NCBI GenBank assembly: GCA_021795235.1 | Contig: JAJYPP010000001.1 | Location: 131,384-195,383, forward strand | From: a bacterium | Lineage (GTDB): Bacteria > Chloroflexota > Dormibacteria > Aeolococcales > Bog-877 | Reading direction: 5' to 3' | DNA length: 64,000 bases | Shown: positions 55,038 to 64,000 of the stretch, in pieces | Layout: every line of letters begins with the position of its first letter | Position numbering within the stretch: the first letter of the stretch is position 1 | Made by a program: the position numbers and the translations under genes | Notes under the pieces: generated by a model | The model's database searches: none | Told to the model about the DNA's origin: nothing | Seen by the model: only the letters and a program-made list of their open reading frames with translations

Positions 55038-55796
55038 ATGGGACTGGATACGCCTCGGAGGTTGCCGGGTGAGCGTGACCGCCAGCTCCGACACCACGCC
55101 TTGCAGGGGGCGCTGGCAGGGATCAGGCGCCGTTACGGTCCCGGGGTGGTGCGCTTGGGTGGGGATGCTCAGAGTGGGGGGCTGAAGACTGGAGCCAGTT
55201 CCCTGGATGCGCTCTTCCCCGGCCTGGGTATCCCCCGAGGGCGGCTCAGCTGGCTCGAGGGCGGACCAGGAGAGGGTGCCTTCGACCTCGGGTTGGTGTT
55301 GCTGGCAGAGATGTCGAAGGAGCTGCCGGTGGCTCTGGTCGACTTTGGGCAGAGCGTGGATCCCGGTGATGTGGCGGATTACGGAGGTCGGCTGGAGAAC
55401 TGCTGGTGGGTGCGCCCCGCCCGGCCGGAGCAGGGCTGGGCGGCGGCGCGCGCCCTGGTGCTGGCCGGCGTTGACTTCTGCCTCTTGCTGGCGGGGAGAT
55501 GGTCCCCGGTGGACAGGGCGGTCCCCGCTGTGCTGCTGGCGGCATTGGAGGAGAGGGGCGCGGCGGCGCTCCTGGCCGGAGGGTCGGAGGTGCCGGCGGT
55601 TGTGGGAGGAAGGCTGGGGGTGCAGATCTCCTGCCGCCGGGAGGGCTGGGCCAATGTCCACGGGGATGTGGCCGGGATCCGGGTCCGGCTCGACGTGGTC
55701 CGCAGCCGGCTCGGTCCGCCGGGAGCGGCCTGCCGGCTCAAGATCGGCTTCCCTCGGCCCTATCCGAACCGGGCTGGGATTGTGGACCCGGGGTAG
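55038..55796 (+). CDS. imuA: RecA-fold ImuA-like protein (SOS mutagenesis cassette component)
   Basis: The N-terminus ALQGALAGIRRRYGPGVVRLGG mirrors the RecA N-terminus. LDALFPGLGIPRGRLSWLEG replaces the P-loop region. It sits immediately upstream of imuB. Confidence 0.6.
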   Translation: MGLDTPRRLPGERDRQLRHHALQGALAGIRRRYGPGVVRLGGDAQSGGLKTGASSLDALFPGLGIPRGRLSWLEGGPGEGAFDLGLVLLAEMSKELPVALVDFGQSVDPGDVADYGGRLENCWWVRPARPEQGWAAARALVLAGVDFCLLLAGRWSPVDRAVPAVLLAALEERGAAALLAGGSEVPAVVGGRLGVQISCRREGWANVHGDVAGIRVRLDVVRSRLGPPGAACRLKIGFPRPYPNRAGIVDPG

Positions 55797-55797
55797 G

Positions 55798-56100
55798 GAA
55801 CAGTTGCTCGTACGATGTGCTATAGTTGGTCCTGATGAGCTTCAAGGAGGGGTAGCCACTGCCCAAAACCTCCGTGACTGGCCGGACATAGCCAGCCCAA
55901 GCGGTGTAGTTGACGCCGCGGCCCCGCCCGCCAGCGAGAGCGGCGACGGCCAGGACGCTGGATCATCCGGCGCCGTGGGAGGGAGCGTAAGACCAGAGCC
56001 AACGGCTCGGGCGGCACCCGATGAGGCCAAAACCCGTAAGGGAACCCCGAGAAGGGGTGCCGCAGGAGTGCGCTTACTACAGTTCACTCGGCGGCAACGG
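55798..56100 (+). ncRNA. Copy C of the ~300-nt structured repeat, inserted between imuA-like and imuB
   Basis: 303 nt, starting 2 nt after the imuA-like TAG and ending 56 nt before the imuB TTG. It is collinear with copy A. Contains TGCTATAGT (55818-55826), an extended -10-like motif just upstream of the 5' strand of the closing helix. Confidence 0.65.
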
Positions 56101-56156
56101 CGACTGGAGGCCGGCGATGTCGACTCCGAGGAGATGCGGGCGGAGGCGGTGGGAGG

Positions 56157-57383
56157 TTGAGGGGGCTGCCCCGCCTGGGGTTTCTGGGATTTCCGCATCT
56201 GGCCCTCATCCTGGCCTGGCAGGCGCACCCCGAGCTGGTCTCCGCGGCACTGCTGGTGGGCTCCCCGGCCGCCTTTGGCCGGGAGGCCGTGCTGGCCGCC
56301 TCGGAGGCGGCTGCAGCCAGGGGTGTCCATCCTGGGCAGGACTTTCGCCAGGCGGAGCTGGCCTGTCCGGAAGCCGTCCGGTTGCGGGCCGACCAGGTCG
56401 CGCTCGCCAGATTGCGGGAGCAGCTGCTGATGGCGCTATACGACTGCAGCCCGCTGGTGGAGTTGAGCGATGACACCGGGGCATATGTGGACCTCGGCGG
56501 TCGGGATCCGCGCTGGCAGACCGAGGCTGCTCGGGCCTCGCATCTCGGCCGCGCGGTGCAGCAGCTCTTGGGGCCGGCTCCTGCGGTGGGGGTGGGGCAG
56601 TCACGCTTCGTGGCCCAGGCCGCGGCCGCTCGAGCCGGCTCGGGGAGAATCCGGCTGGTCCCTCCCGGCGCCGCGGCCGCATTCCTGGCCGACTGGCCGG
56701 TGACCCGACTGCCATTGCCACCACGGACGGTGGATCAACTGCTCGGTTTCGGTCTGCGCACCTGCGGTGACTGCTTGGCCATACCCCTGCCAGACCTGCA
56801 GCGCCAACTGGGCCCCGACGGCCTCATGCTGCACCGGCTCTGCCTCGGCCAGGACGCTGCCACCATCCATCCGCGGCGGGAGCTGCCGCCCTGCTCGGTG
56901 CGACGGGTGCTGGCGGGGGTGGTGGAGAACTCGGAGTCGCTGCGCTTCGGCGCTCCAGAACTGGCTGCTCTGCTCGCCTCCGAGCTGGCCCACCTCAATC
57001 TGGCCAGCGGCCGGCTGCGGCTGCTGTTGCTGGATGAGGATGCCGCTGAGGGCGTCGTCCGCTCGGACCAGCCGGGCGTCTGCTGCGCCGAGGTGACCAC
57101 CCCGTCGCTGGTAGCCACCGCCGAGGAACTGCTCCCACCCATCCTGGGCCTGCTCTCCCGAGCGCGCGGTAGGGCTCTGGTCGTCGAGCTCCATGCCCTT
57201 GACCTGGCTCCGCCCCCGGTTGCGCAGAGGCGCCTATGGGCGGTGGCAGAAGGCAGAGGCGAGGAGATAGGGCGGGCGGTGGCCAGGCTCCGGGAGCGGT
57301 TCGGCCCCGAGCTGGTCTGGAGGGTTGAACTCAGACCACTGCACCCAGGCGACATCCCCGAGGAGCGGCTGGTGTGGAGCTGA
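56157..57383 (+). CDS. imuB: ImuB-type Y-family DNA polymerase homolog (likely catalytically inactive)
   Basis: Y-family palm/fingers layout (FPHLAL..., CSPLVELSDDTGAYVDL, GVGQSRFVAQAAA) but without the N-terminal DxD catalytic motif. TTG follows GGTGGGAGG. Confidence 0.7.
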   Translation: MRGLPRLGFLGFPHLALILAWQAHPELVSAALLVGSPAAFGREAVLAASEAAAARGVHPGQDFRQAELACPEAVRLRADQVALARLREQLLMALYDCSPLVELSDDTGAYVDLGGRDPRWQTEAARASHLGRAVQQLLGPAPAVGVGQSRFVAQAAAARAGSGRIRLVPPGAAAAFLADWPVTRLPLPPRTVDQLLGFGLRTCGDCLAIPLPDLQRQLGPDGLMLHRLCLGQDAATIHPRRELPPCSVRRVLAGVVENSESLRFGAPELAALLASELAHLNLASGRLRLLLLDEDAAEGVVRSDQPGVCCAEVTTPSLVATAEELLPPILGLLSRARGRALVVELHALDLAPPPVAQRRLWAVAEGRGEEIGRAVARLRERFGPELVWRVELRPLHPGDIPEERLVWS

Positions 57384-57622
57384 GCCCGCTGGTGGTCGAT
57401 ACCGAAGGGTCGGTCCCGATCGCTCTTGGCTGCCACCCTGGCCGCTCCAGAGTGGAGAGACGAGTTGCCCACTGGGTGGTCGAGGTGGGCTGGTGGCGAA
57501 CCCCGCCCGCTCGTTGGGAGCGGCGTGACTGCTGGCGGTTGCTGTTCGAGGACGGTCGCTGCCTGGATCTGTACTGGGATGGGGCGGAGCGAGGCTGGCG
57601 CCTGGGCCGGGCTTGGGGATGA
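57374..57622 (+). CDS. Hypothetical Trp/Arg-rich 82-aa protein, translationally coupled to imuB
   Basis: GTG 57374 overlaps the imuB 3' end by 10 nt. No family recognised. Confidence 0.4.
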   Translation: MELSPLVVDTEGSVPIALGCHPGRSRVERRVAHWVVEVGWWRTPPARWERRDCWRLLFEDGRCLDLYWDGAERGWRLGRAWG

Positions 57623-57685
57623 GCACCTTATCTGATCCCCACCTCCCCTCAGGATTCTTTCAGCGGCATCTGCTACTTTGAGTTC

Positions 57686-59671
57686 ATGGCTCAGCACCAG
57701 TCGGGTTCCGGCCCCAATGGCCGTCCCGGCTCCGGCCCTCCCACCCGTCGGCCCGCCCAGTGGCGATCGATACAGTTCCTGCTGCCCCTGGGCATCTTCC
57801 TGGCCCTGAACGTCCTGTTTGCCAATGTCTTCTTTCCCCCCGCCCAGACCAAGAGCATCGCCATTCCCTACAACGTTTTCATATCCGATGTGAAGAGTGG
57901 CGACGTCGCCAGCATCACCAGCACCGGCAACACCATCCAGGGGACCTTCCGTCACCAGACCGGGGTGACCTCCAAGAGCAAGAACAAGGCGATGGCGTTC
58001 AGCACCCAACTACCCAGCTTCGCTGGCGGCCAGCTGGAGACGCTGCTGCAGCAGCACAACGTCACCCAGAATGCTGTCAACCCCAACCCTCCCGCCAACA
58101 TGTTGCTGGTGCTTCTGGAGAGCTTTGGCCCCACCCTGCTATTCGTGCTGATCTTCGTGTGGTTCATGCGCCGCAGCGCCGCCGCGGCCGGGGGCGGGCT
58201 GTTCAGCCTGGGGCGGTCACAGGCGCGTCTCTATGATCCCGAGCGCCCCGCCACCACCTTCGCCGATGTGGCCGGCATCGAGGAGGCCAAGGAGGAGCTG
58301 GAGGAGATAGTCGACTTTCTGCGCCAGCCGGCCAAGTACCAGCGCCTGGGTGGCACCGTGCCCAAGGGTGTCCTCCTGGTGGGGCTGCCGGGCACCGGCA
58401 AGACCCTGCTGGCGCGAGCGGTGGCCGGGGAGGCCGGGGTGCCTTTCTTCAGTATCTCCGCGTCTGAGTTCATAGAGATGGTAGTGGGGGTGGGGGCCTC
58501 GCGGGTGCGCGACCTCTTCTCCAAGGCCCGAGAGGCGGCTCCGGCCATCATCTTTGTTGATGAGCTCGATGCCATCGGCCGCAGCCGCAGCGCCGGACCC
58601 AGCTTCGGCGGCCACGACGAGCGCGAACAGACACTGAACCAGATCCTGACCGAGATGGACGGTTTCGACTCCCGCGAGGGCGTGATCGTCCTGGCGGCCA
58701 CCAATCGCGCCGATGTCCTGGACTCCGCCCTGCTGCGGCCGGGCCGGTTCGACCGGCGGGTGTCGGTGCTCCCCCCGGACCGGGTGGGGCGGGCCGCGAT
58801 CCTCAAGATCCACACCAGGGGGGTGCCGCTGGGGCCCGACATCGACCTCGACAACCTGGCCTCCCAGACGCCGGGGCTGGTGGGGGCCGAGCTGCGCAAC
58901 CTGGTCAACGAGGCGGCGCTCCTCGCGGCCCGCAAGGAGCGGCCGGCGGTCACCATGGACGACTTCACAGATGCCCTGGAGAAGGTCCTCCTGGGAGCCG
59001 CCCGCCGGATCGTGCTCTCCGAGGACGACCGCCAGCGCACCGCCTACCACGAGAGCGGGCACGCCCTGCTCGGGCTGCTGGTTCCCGCCGCCGACCCGGT
59101 TCGGCGGGTCTCGATCATCCCCCGAGGGCGGGCGCTGGGGGTGACCGTGCAGTCGCCGGTGGACGACCGCCAGAACTACCCCGAGACCTATCTGCGCGCG
59201 CGCATCGTCGGGGCCCTGGGCGGCCGGGCGGCGGAGAAACTGATCTACGACGTGGTCACCACCGGCGCTGAGAGCGACCTCCAGCAGGTGACTCAGATCG
59301 CCAGGCAGATGGTGATGCGCTGGGGCATGAGCCCCAAGGTGGGACCACTCAACCTCGCCGACGATGGTGATCAGTCCGCGATGATGATCTCCCAGCGCCC
59401 CTACAGCGACACCACCGCGGAGGTGATCGACTCGGAGGTGCGCCGGATAGTGGAGGAGTGCTTCGATGAGGCCCTGGGGCTGCTCAAGGACAACCGCGAG
59501 CGGCTGGACGCTCTGACCACGGCCCTGCTGCGTGAGGAGTCCTTGAATGAGGAGCAGATCCTCCAGGTGACCGGGCTGCCGGCCAAGCCAAAGGTCGTGT
59601 CCCGACCATCGACGGCTCGCCGGGCCCAGGCTGCGGCTGAGGAGAAGCCCGAGGTGCCGGCCGCGACCTGA
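57686..59671 (+). CDS. ftsH: ATP-dependent zinc metalloprotease FtsH
   Basis: Two N-terminal TM segments, AAA+ Walker [20 protein letters not shown] region, and the zinc motif HESGHAL. Confidence 0.95.
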   Translation: MAQHQSGSGPNGRPGSGPPTRRPAQWRSIQFLLPLGIFLALNVLFANVFFPPAQTKSIAIPYNVFISDVKSGDVASITSTGNTIQGTFRHQTGVTSKSKNKAMAFSTQLPSFAGGQLETLLQQHNVTQNAVNPNPPANMLLVLLESFGPTLLFVLIFVWFMRRSAAAAGGGLFSLGRSQARLYDPERPATTFADVAGIEEAKEELEEIVDFLRQPAKYQRLGGTVPKGVLLVGLPGTGKTLLARAVAGEAGVPFFSISASEFIEMVVGVGASRVRDLFSKAREAAPAIIFVDELDAIGRSRSAGPSFGGHDEREQTLNQILTEMDGFDSREGVIVLAATNRADVLDSALLRPGRFDRRVSVLPPDRVGRAAILKIHTRGVPLGPDIDLDNLASQTPGLVGAELRNLVNEAALLAARKERPAVTMDDFTDALEKVLLGAARRIVLSEDDRQRTAYHESGHALLGLLVPAADPVRRVSIIPRGRALGVTVQSPVDDRQNYPETYLRARIVGALGGRAAEKLIYDVVTTGAESDLQQVTQIARQMVMRWGMSPKVGPLNLADDGDQSAMMISQRPYSDTTAEVIDSEVRRIVEECFDEALGLLKDNRERLDALTTALLREESLNEEQILQVTGLPAKPKVVSRPSTARRAQAAAEEKPEVPAAT

Positions 59672-59889
59672 GCCCCACCGTCTGGGGCGCTGCTCCTGGT
59701 GCTCGGCCCGGGGACAGGTCGGTAGGACGCCGCGCGATTCCTCGGGCGGATGCCGGTCACGAGACCGTCGGGCCTCTCGATCGATTCCCTGGGTAGGCGC
59801 CCCGCCCAGGACCAGGGCCGCCAAGGAACCTTCCCGGTGGCGCTGGACCAGGGCTCGCGGCGCATCGGCCCGGAACTGTTGGAAGGGGG

Positions 59890-60191
59890 GAGCGGTTGCC
59901 CCAAGAAGAGCTATGGGTGGCGCGGGTCAACTTGAAAGCGTGGTGGCCACTGCCCGAAATCTCGGTGGCTGGCCGGACACAGCCGGCACAAGCGGTGCGG
60001 CCGACGGCGCGCCCGCGCCCGCCCGCGGCGATGGCGGGCCGCTGGATCATCCGGCCCCATGGGAGGGGCGCAAGGCCAGAGCCGATGGTTCGGACAGAAC
60101 TGGACGAGGCCGGAACCCATGGGGGAAGCCCGAGAAGGCGTGCCCTATGACTGCGCCGAACGGAGTTCCCTTACAGTGACGCGGCTGCTGG
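59890..60191 (+). ncRNA. Copy D (most divergent full-length copy) of the ~300-nt structured repeat
   Basis: 302 nt between the convergent ftsH and surface-protein genes. It retains GCCACUGCCC, CUGGCCGGACA.AGCC.GC, GCUGGAUCAUCCGGC, UGGGAGGG.GCG.AAG.CCAGAGCC and CCCGAGAAGG.GUGCC. Substitutions keep several helices paired. Confidence 0.6.
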
Positions 60192-60329
60192 CACTGATTG
60201 GTCGCACCACCACCGTCAAGCGGATTGGGAGGGCGACCAGGGAGGGTAGCCGGGGGCCCTCGCCGTGCTTGGGCGAGGACCGCGTCAGGGGGAGCACCAT
60301 GTGGTGCTCCCCCTGAACTGGTCGCGAGG

Positions 60330-62570
60330 TCAGGCTTGGGTCTTGGCCCGACGTCGGGTCAGAAGCGCGAGCCCGAGGAGGCTGAGCCCTGCGAGAACCA
60401 GGATCAGGGTCAGCAGGAGATCGAGGTGAGCTCCTGTGCCGGGAGTTGATGCCCCCAGCACCGCACCGGCGGGCGCGGGAGTCTTCTTAGTGGTGCTGGC
60501 ACCCAGTACGGCCTGCTTGGGCGTGGGTGCCGTGGTGGTGACGGTGGCCGTGCAGGAGGCTGTTGTGGTGCATCCGCCGTCACCGGAGGTCGCCGTGACA
60601 GCGTTGGTGAGGCTGAAGAGGCCGTTCACGGCGGTGCTCAGGTTGCCCGGAGCCAGCATGGTGGCGCTGTAGGTCACCGTCGCTGTCTGCCCGACAGCCA
60701 GGCTGGCGTACTCCCAGGTGTAGGAACCCGGACCCGTCGATCCGAAGTTGATCGCCGCGGCGCCGCTGGGCGACGAGGAGAAGCTGAAGGAGTCCCGGGT
60801 GCCGTGGGTGCCATCGTTGACCTGGACGGCCGCGGTTCCGCTCATGACGTCGTTCATGACCACGTCCGTGGCCGCTGCGGTACCCGAGTTGGTCACGGTG
60901 ATGGTGTAGTTGAGAGTCTGACCGAGCGTGGTCGAGGTGGTGTCGACCGCCTTGGTGACAGTCAGGATCGGGGCGCCGCCAGAGGTCGGTGGCCCGGGGG
61001 TGATGACTGTCGACGAGCTGCTGGCGGAGGCCGTCTGATTGTGGGCTGCGACATCAACCGTCACTGTGTCGGTGAGGCTGCTGCCGGCCGCCGGCCCGTA
61101 GCCGGTGACGCTGAAGTAGCAGGTGACGGTGTCGCCAGGCTGTCCGGCCGGGGCCAGGGTGGTGGGAGCACTGACAAGAGAGCCACACTCGGAGTAGGAG
61201 TGGCCCGAGTAGCTGTCGGTGATCAAGGTGATGGTCTCCGAGACCCGGCTGGTGTTGGTGATCACCGCCCGGAAGGGAACGGTCTCCTTAGCGGTGCCGA
61301 ACTCGATCTTGCCGTAGCCGGCCAGGTTGGCGTCATTGGTCTTGTCGACGCTGACGCCGGGGGACCCAGGGGTAGGCGGGGTTACCCGTGGGGTGGTCAC
61401 CGTGGAGGAGCTGCTGCCGGAGGCGGTCTTGGTGCCGGCGGTGACACCAACTGTCACGGTGTCGGTCAGGCTGGTCCCTGCCGCTGGAGCGTAGCCGGTG
61501 ATCGAGAACGAGCAGGTGACGGTGTCGCCCGCCTGTCCGGCCGGGGCCAGGGTGGTTCCGATCAGCCCGCTGCACTCAGACGCCGGGGTGCCGTTGGCGA
61601 TACCGGGGTAGTTGTCGGTTATCGATTTGATCGTCTCCGAGACATCGCTGGTGTTGGTGATCACAGCCTGGAAGGGGACCGTCTCGCCGACGCCGGTGGC
61701 GGTCTCATTCTTGCCGTAGCCTTGGCCGCTGGCGTTGTTGGTCTTGTCGACGCTGACGCCAGGGGTCCCCGGAGGCGGAGGCGGAGTCGGCGCCGGGCAG
61801 TTCACCCAGAAGGTCTTGTGCTTCTGGGGGTCCTGGGAGAACTGGAGCTTGAAGTGGTAGCCCTGCCCGTTGATCGGCGCGTCGCCGTTGGCCTGGGCGT
61901 CGGCGATCAGGATTCCCACGTTGATGACACTCATGATCTGGTCGCCGCTCCCCGTGTAGCTCCAGAGCTGAGTGCCTGACGCGGGATAGGCCTGGTCCGA
62001 GAACCCGCTGCCGCTGGGCGACCAGCCATCGATGGTGTAGGTGCCGGCGGAGTCGGCCATGAAGTTGCCCCAGAGGTTGATGTTGGAGCACGCCAGGTGG
62101 GGGTCATGCTCGTGGCCGGGCCCGGCGGGTTGGCCCACGTTGTCGAGCCACACATCCCCGTGGTTGTTGTCGCCCGCGGAGGTCGAGCTGGAGCCGCTAT
62201 TGGTCCCGGGGGACGAGCTTCCGTTGGTGGTGGGAGGTGGCGGCCCGTAGTTGCCAGCGGAGTTGTTGGAGCCGGAAGGGCTCTGGCTGGAGGATGTCGA
62301 TGAGTTGGAGCCAGAGGAGTTTGAGGACGAATTGGACTGCTGGCTGGAGCCACTCGCTCCACTGGAGCTGGATGTAGAGGAGGACCCGGAGTGCCCCTGT
62401 CCATGGCTTCCCGAGTTGCCATGCTCAGCCGACGCGCCCGGGGAGCTGCTGTTGGGGCCGTGGCCACCACCCGAGTCCGCCAGCACCGAGGCGGGGGCTG
62501 CCAGAAGCAGCGCAGCCACTCCCAGGCTGGTGAGAATGAATGACCATCGACTCGAACCCTTGCGTATCAC
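60330..62570 (-). CDS. Large secreted cell-surface protein: Ser-rich linker, tandem ~125-aa Ig-like repeats, DUF11-type repeat, C-terminal sortase-like anchor
   Basis: GTG 62570 is preceded by AAGGAGAGG. Signal peptide MIRKGSSRWSFILTSLGVAALLLAAPASVLA. Two repeats begin PGVSVDKTN. ILTVTKAVD...YTITVTNSG matches the DUF11 type. The C-terminus is TPGTG plus a hydrophobic helix plus RRRAKTQA. Confidence 0.75.
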   Translation of the reverse strand: MIRKGSSRWSFILTSLGVAALLLAAPASVLADSGGGHGPNSSSPGASAEHGNSGSHGQGHSGSSSTSSSSGASGSSQQSNSSSNSSGSNSSTSSSQSPSGSNNSAGNYGPPPPTTNGSSSPGTNSGSSSTSAGDNNHGDVWLDNVGQPAGPGHEHDPHLACSNINLWGNFMADSAGTYTIDGWSPSGSGFSDQAYPASGTQLWSYTGSGDQIMSVINVGILIADAQANGDAPINGQGYHFKLQFSQDPQKHKTFWVNCPAPTPPPPPGTPGVSVDKTNNASGQGYGKNETATGVGETVPFQAVITNTSDVSETIKSITDNYPGIANGTPASECSGLIGTTLAPAGQAGDTVTCSFSITGYAPAAGTSLTDTVTVGVTAGTKTASGSSSSTVTTPRVTPPTPGSPGVSVDKTNDANLAGYGKIEFGTAKETVPFRAVITNTSRVSETITLITDSYSGHSYSECGSLVSAPTTLAPAGQPGDTVTCYFSVTGYGPAAGSSLTDTVTVDVAAHNQTASASSSSTVITPGPPTSGGAPILTVTKAVDTTSTTLGQTLNYTITVTNSGTAAATDVVMNDVMSGTAAVQVNDGTHGTRDSFSFSSSPSGAAAINFGSTGPGSYTWEYASLAVGQTATVTYSATMLAPGNLSTAVNGLFSLTNAVTATSGDGGCTTTASCTATVTTTAPTPKQAVLGASTTKKTPAPAGAVLGASTPGTGAHLDLLLTLILVLAGLSLLGLALLTRRRAKTQA

Positions 62571-63039
62571 TTGCCTCTCCTTGCGAAATGACTCTGACTG
62601 TCTTGCGAATCCGAAACTGTGCCGCTCCACCCCCAGCTGGCGTCTGGTGGTGGTTGCGATCTCTTGCCGGGGTCTCGACCCCGGCAAGAACAGAGGTGGT
62701 CCGGTCGACCTCCCTCCCTCGCGACTCGCGGAGGTCGCTGGCCTGGGGGCCGGGTGAGCCGGTGGCGTGGAATGCGGAGGGATTTCATGTTCGCGTTCCC
62801 GAGGACAGCCCCAGCGCGGGCCCCCCTCGACCTGGGCCCGGCACCGGGTATCCCGGATCCCGGGGCTGACGTCCGCGGGAAATGTGCGGACCCAAGTCCC
62901 CAACCATGGCTGCGGAACCACAGTCCCATTCCTTCCGACCGGGCAAGTCTCTCTCCTAAGAACGCCCCCTCCAGGGGGGAAGACCCTGGCACTGGCTACT
63001 CCCTTCTGCCAGAACCCTTGCGCGCTAAGCAACCGAGCT

Positions 63040-64000
63040 GCTGGTTACATTAACAACTTGAGATGCGGTGTGGCGGTCCAGTCACGCGGACTGAAGGCTT
63101 TGTTACATTGACTGACCCTTCTCTAATCGTGGATGACCGGGCCCAATAGCGCAGCGATCCGGCCCCTGGCTTGCCGTGCAGGAGTGGCGAGGTCGATACC
63201 GGGCCCGCCGCCCGGGGAGTTCGGTCGGGGTTCTTGCCAACACTTGTGGAAATTCCTTCCAGGAAGGCGAGTCAGTTGGGCAAGCGGCAGAGCCCTCCAA
63301 GGTGGGTGGTTGAGTTCGTTGCAGACGGCCGTCGACAAAGCGTTCGCCGGCGAGCAATAGGGTGAGCTGGTTACGTCCGTTGATGGGGTGCCACCTGGTG
63401 CCTAGCCGCAGGACCAGCTTGAAGACCAGGTAGAGCGCGTTCTCGCGCACGTGCATGCGCTTGGTGGCATCGGTCCGGAGCCGCACCCCAGCGAAGATCG
63501 ACCGGATGGGATTGGAGGTGCGGAGGTGGAGCCAGTGCTCCTCGGGGAAGTCGTAGAAGGTGACGAACTCGTCCCAGTCCCGCTCCAAGCAGTCGGCCGC
63601 ATCGCCCTGAGCCTGGGCGCGCAGCTGGGTGCAGTACTCAGCCCGCCGCCTACTGCACTCAGCCCTGGAGGGAGCCTGGTAGATCTCCTTGATCGCACCT
63701 CGCGCCGTGGCCTGTAGCCGCTTGGGGAGCTTGTCGATGACATTGAGGACCCGGTGGTTCCAACACCGTTGCTGGCGGGTCGTCGGGAACACCTCGTTGA
63801 GGGCCGCCCAGAACCCCAGTCCGCCATCGCCGATGGCCAGCAGAGGCGGCTCCGTGAGTCCCCGGGACTTCAGATCCCGAAGCAGCTCCCCCCAGGAGGC
63901 GGCGCTCTCCCGGTAGCCCTGCTGCATCGCCAGCAGCTCCTTGTGGCCGTCAGCTCTCACCCCCAGGACCACCAGCACGGCGGTCCTCTCCTTCTCCAAC
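63040..64000 (-). mobile_element. Partial IS256-family insertion sequence (inner boundary not determined)
   Basis: The transposase ORF runs off the window. The left IS end is expected within ~100 nt of the stop at 63103, but I could not identify the terminal inverted repeat without the other end. Confidence 0.5.
63103..63999 (-). CDS. IS256-family (Mutator-type) transposase; the N-terminus lies beyond the window edge
   Basis: Family-typical segments CWNHRVLNVIDKLPKR, FYDFPEEHW.HLRTSNPIRSIFA, RMHVRENALYLVFKL. Confidence 0.85.
   Translation of the reverse strand: MEKERTAVLVVLGVRADGHKELLAMQQGYRESAASWGELLRDLKSRGLTEPPLLAIGDGGLGFWAALNEVFPTTRQQRCWNHRVLNVIDKLPKRLQATARGAIKEIYQAPSRAECSRRRAEYCTQLRAQAQGDAADCLERDWDEFVTFYDFPEEHWLHLRTSNPIRSIFAGVRLRTDATKRMHVRENALYLVFKLVLRLGTRWHPINGRNQLTLLLAGERFVDGRLQRTQPPTLEGSAACPTDSPSWKEFPQVLARTPTELPGRRARYRPRHSCTASQGPDRCAIGPGHPRLEKGQSM

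Noticed and set aside
55831-55845. CUGAUGA(G/A) in copies B and C, resembling the hammerhead ribozyme core.
   Set aside because: The motif is not conserved in copies A (GAGAUGAAC) or D (GGGUCAAC). I could not find the matching GAAA and cleavage-site elements in a hammerhead arrangement.
60900-61800. ~370-nt tandem DNA repeats inside the surface-protein gene, considered as a CRISPR-like array or a diversity-generating retroelement target.
   Set aside because: The repeats are in-frame protein-domain duplications with no spacers. No reverse transcriptase, template repeat or cas gene is present in the window.
63040-63100. Direct repeats GTTACATTAAC / GTTACATTGAC downstream of the transposase stop, considered as a possible IS256 terminal repeat.
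   Set aside because: The IS end cannot be defined without the other terminus, which lies outside the window. The two motifs are direct, not inverted, and may be coincidental.

Overview
High-GC bacterial chromosomal segment, probably from an actinobacterial or Chloroflexi-like lineage (taxonomy not determinable here). It is gene-dense and mostly housekeeping. I support about 50 CDS. They include two cytochrome b modules, a satP / acyl-CoA ligase / prpE short-chain acid cluster, a cupredoxin lipoprotein, nth, glmU-prs, recO, a CysRS-GT2 fusion, glyQS, icd, thrC-thrB-lysC divergent from asd, xthA, an ABC exporter, ppdK, an AhpC-like/aldehyde dehydrogenase/thioesterase operon, an AddAB/AdnAB-type helicase-nuclease pair, an imuA-like/imuB cassette, ftsH, a large sortase-type surface protein, and a partial IS256-family transposase at the right edge. 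I found no rRNA, tRNA or CRISPR array. The standout observation is a family of five same-strand intergenic copies of a ~300-nt element at 7722-7953, 42343-42645, 46205-46492, 55798-56100 and 59890-60191. Its reading frames are not conserved between copies, but its helices are, with compensatory and wobble changes. I cannot assign it to any RNA family I know, and one copy sits exactly between imuA-like and imuB. Secondary leads are a cytochrome b / CydA-like operon lacking cydB, a CysRS-glycosyltransferase fusion, and two long promoter-proximal structured leaders (upstream of the DUF-like gene near 26.4 kb and of icd near 23.5 kb). All family calls rest on motif recognition by eye. Start codons are best guesses where noted.
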